Positions 62,388-64,000 of a stretch of 64,000 nt of DNA are shown piece after piece. Under the pieces are notes generated by a model that was not told the DNA's origin, ran no database searches, and saw only the letters and a list, made by a program, of their open reading frames with translations. Origin of the DNA: Acidobacteriota bacterium (GTDB taxonomy: Bacteria; Acidobacteriota; UBA6911; RPQK01; JAJDTT01); the NCBI GenBank assembly GCA_965217775.1, contig CBDCJH010000002.1, forward strand, positions 4,992,001 to 5,056,000, written 5' to 3'. How positions within the stretch are numbered: the stretch's first letter is position 1; every line of letters begins with the position of its first letter. The position numbers and the translations under genes are program-made.

Positions 62388-63749
62388 CTAAAGTCCAAGG
62401 AGTTGGTGGATCTTCTCCTTGTCGGGCGGCACCTGGACCGGTGGGTTGGCGTAAGTGGATTGGATCTTGCCGTGCTTCTCGACGATCCGGTTCTCGTAGG
62501 CGGCGTGCTCGTAGAGGTTGTCCAGGTGGTAGTTGACCGTGTACTCGGGGTCCTTGAGTTGATGTCCGGTCAGAATGGCCACCACGTTCTCGGAGGGGTC
62601 GATGGTCACTTCGGGACGCTCCTCGGCACTCGTATCCAGCAGGCGCTTGAGACCGGCCACCGTGGTGGCCGAGGCGGGTTCGCACCCGATCCCGTCTTGT
62701 CCCAGAATCGCCTTGGCGTCGGCGATTTCCTGCTCCGTGACCTCGTCGCACCAGCCGTCCGAGAACTGGAGGGCGCGAACCGCCTTCTTCCAACTGATGG
62801 GCTGGCCGATCTTGATGGCGCTGGCCAGGGTCCAGGCATCGGTGACGGGCACCAGTTCCTGCGAGCTGGTCACCAGAGTCCGATAGAGAGGGTCGGCGCC
62901 CTCGGCCTGGATGATGGTGATTCTGGGAATCTTGTCGATCATTCCCAACTCTTTCAACTCCATCAGGACTTTCCCGTAGGAGGAGCTGTTTCCCAGATTG
63001 CCGCCGGGAACCACGATCCGGTCCGGACTCTTCCAGTCCAGTTGATCCATCAACTCCAGCATCACCGTCTTCTGGCCCTCCAGGCGGAATGGGTTGATGG
63101 AGTTCATCAGGTAGAGGTCGGTGTCGGCGGCCAATTCCTGAACCAGCTTCATGGCCACGTCGAAGCTGCACTGGATCTGGAGAGTCAAGGCGCCGTAGTC
63201 CAGGGCTTGGGCCAGCTTGCCGAATGCAATCTGGCCTTCCGGAATGAAGACGACGGACCGCAGGCCGGCCCGGGCGCAATAGGCGGCCATGGAGGCCGAG
63301 GTGTTTCCGGTTGAAGCGCAGGCCACGACCTGGGCGTCGAGCCGGATCGCCTGGGAGACGGCCGTGGTCATGCCGTAGTCCTTGAACGAACCGCTGGGGT
63401 TCCAGCCCAGGTGTTTCACCCGGAGCCGATCCAGGCCCATGTATTCGGCGCACCGAGGGGCTTCCAGGATGGGCGTGTTCCCCTCGCCCATAGTCACCAC
63501 CCGGTCCAGGTCTCCGGCTTCGAAGGGAAGCAGTTCTCGATATCGCCACACTCCACTCACGTCGAGGGGGTGATTCGAGAGACGCCTCTGCGAGAAGCTC
63601 TCCTTGAGGGAGCCCACGTCGATCCGGCTGAAGTCGTAGACGATGTCAAGCAGGTCCCGGCAACGGGGACACTGGTAGAGCTTTTCTCGGATCGGGAACT
63701 CCCGGAGGCAGGAGTCATTGATGCAGCGGAAGCGAAACCACTCGGTCAT
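62388..63749 (-). CDS. thrC: Threonine synthase
   Basis: GEGNTP, NPSGSFKD, ASTGNT, RLEGQKT, PGGNLGN, TGHQLKD. Confidence 0.95.
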   Translation of the reverse strand: MTEWFRFRCINDSCLREFPIREKLYQCPRCRDLLDIVYDFSRIDVGSLKESFSQRRLSNHPLDVSGVWRYRELLPFEAGDLDRVVTMGEGNTPILEAPRCAEYMGLDRLRVKHLGWNPSGSFKDYGMTTAVSQAIRLDAQVVACASTGNTSASMAAYCARAGLRSVVFIPEGQIAFGKLAQALDYGALTLQIQCSFDVAMKLVQELAADTDLYLMNSINPFRLEGQKTVMLELMDQLDWKSPDRIVVPGGNLGNSSSYGKVLMELKELGMIDKIPRITIIQAEGADPLYRTLVTSSQELVPVTDAWTLASAIKIGQPISWKKAVRALQFSDGWCDEVTEQEIADAKAILGQDGIGCEPASATTVAGLKRLLDTSAEERPEVTIDPSENVVAILTGHQLKDPEYTVNYHLDNLYEHAAYENRIVEKHGKIQSTYANPPVQVPPDKEKIHQLLGL

Positions 63750-64000
63750 TCTGCCAAAAGGTGACGGATTCGGCTTACGATTTCGGGGGAGTTCCAGACA
63801 TACATCCCCACATGGTGCAACGCTAGTCTTCCACGGGCGTCGACGATCAGTGTCGTGGGGAGTCCGGTGACCTGGAAGCGGCCTTGGAGGATCCGGTCAG
63901 GATCCGATAACAGCAGGAAAGGGTAGTCGGCGCCGGTCTCTTCGAGAAAGGTCCGGACTGCCCCGGGCTCCTCCCAACTCACGGCGGCAATCGCCAAGCC
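63746..64000 (-). CDS. TlpA-like thioredoxin-family protein (5' end outside the window)
   Basis: AVSWEE, YPFLLLSD, GLPTTLIVD..G. Confidence 0.75.
   Translation of the reverse strand, partial: GLAIAAVSWEEPGAVRTFLEETGADYPFLLLSDPDRILQGRFQVTGLPTTLIVDARGRLALHHVGMYVWNSPEIVSRIRHLLAE

Overview
High-GC bacterial chromosomal segment, most likely Acidobacteriota (inferred from the acidobacterial-type VWA protein and the DnaA 'FGGRHHTTV' motif). It spans the replication origin region (rpsA-ihf/hup-dnaA-oriC-dnaN-gyrB-gyrA) and is mostly housekeeping: translation, purine/pyrimidine/NAD salvage, tRNA modification and lipid genes. Accessory material sits at two tRNA-Ser genes and in 45.9-54.4 kb. tRNA-Ser(GCT) is followed by an antitoxin-like fragment and an intact IS1634-family element. 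tRNA-Ser(TGA) is bracketed by two integrase-less cassettes, each bounded by a long duplication of host sequence (139 bp and 87 bp). One cassette carries an AT-rich three-gene DUF6941-like / unknown / HEPN-like operon between IS256 and IS1595 relics; the other carries an MNT gene and a broken HEPN gene. Also notable: a hairpin MITE family in four copies, one inside the dead tRNA copy; an ElbD-like ether-lipid enzyme whose adenylation domain lacks two catalytic motifs; an AAA+/DUF4143 gene behind 22-bp-phased repeats; a P-loop/dCMP deaminase fusion; a putA pseudogene with internal deletions; and many apparently leaderless genes. No CRISPR array, rRNA or prophage was seen. All family calls come from motif recognition by eye, not database searches.
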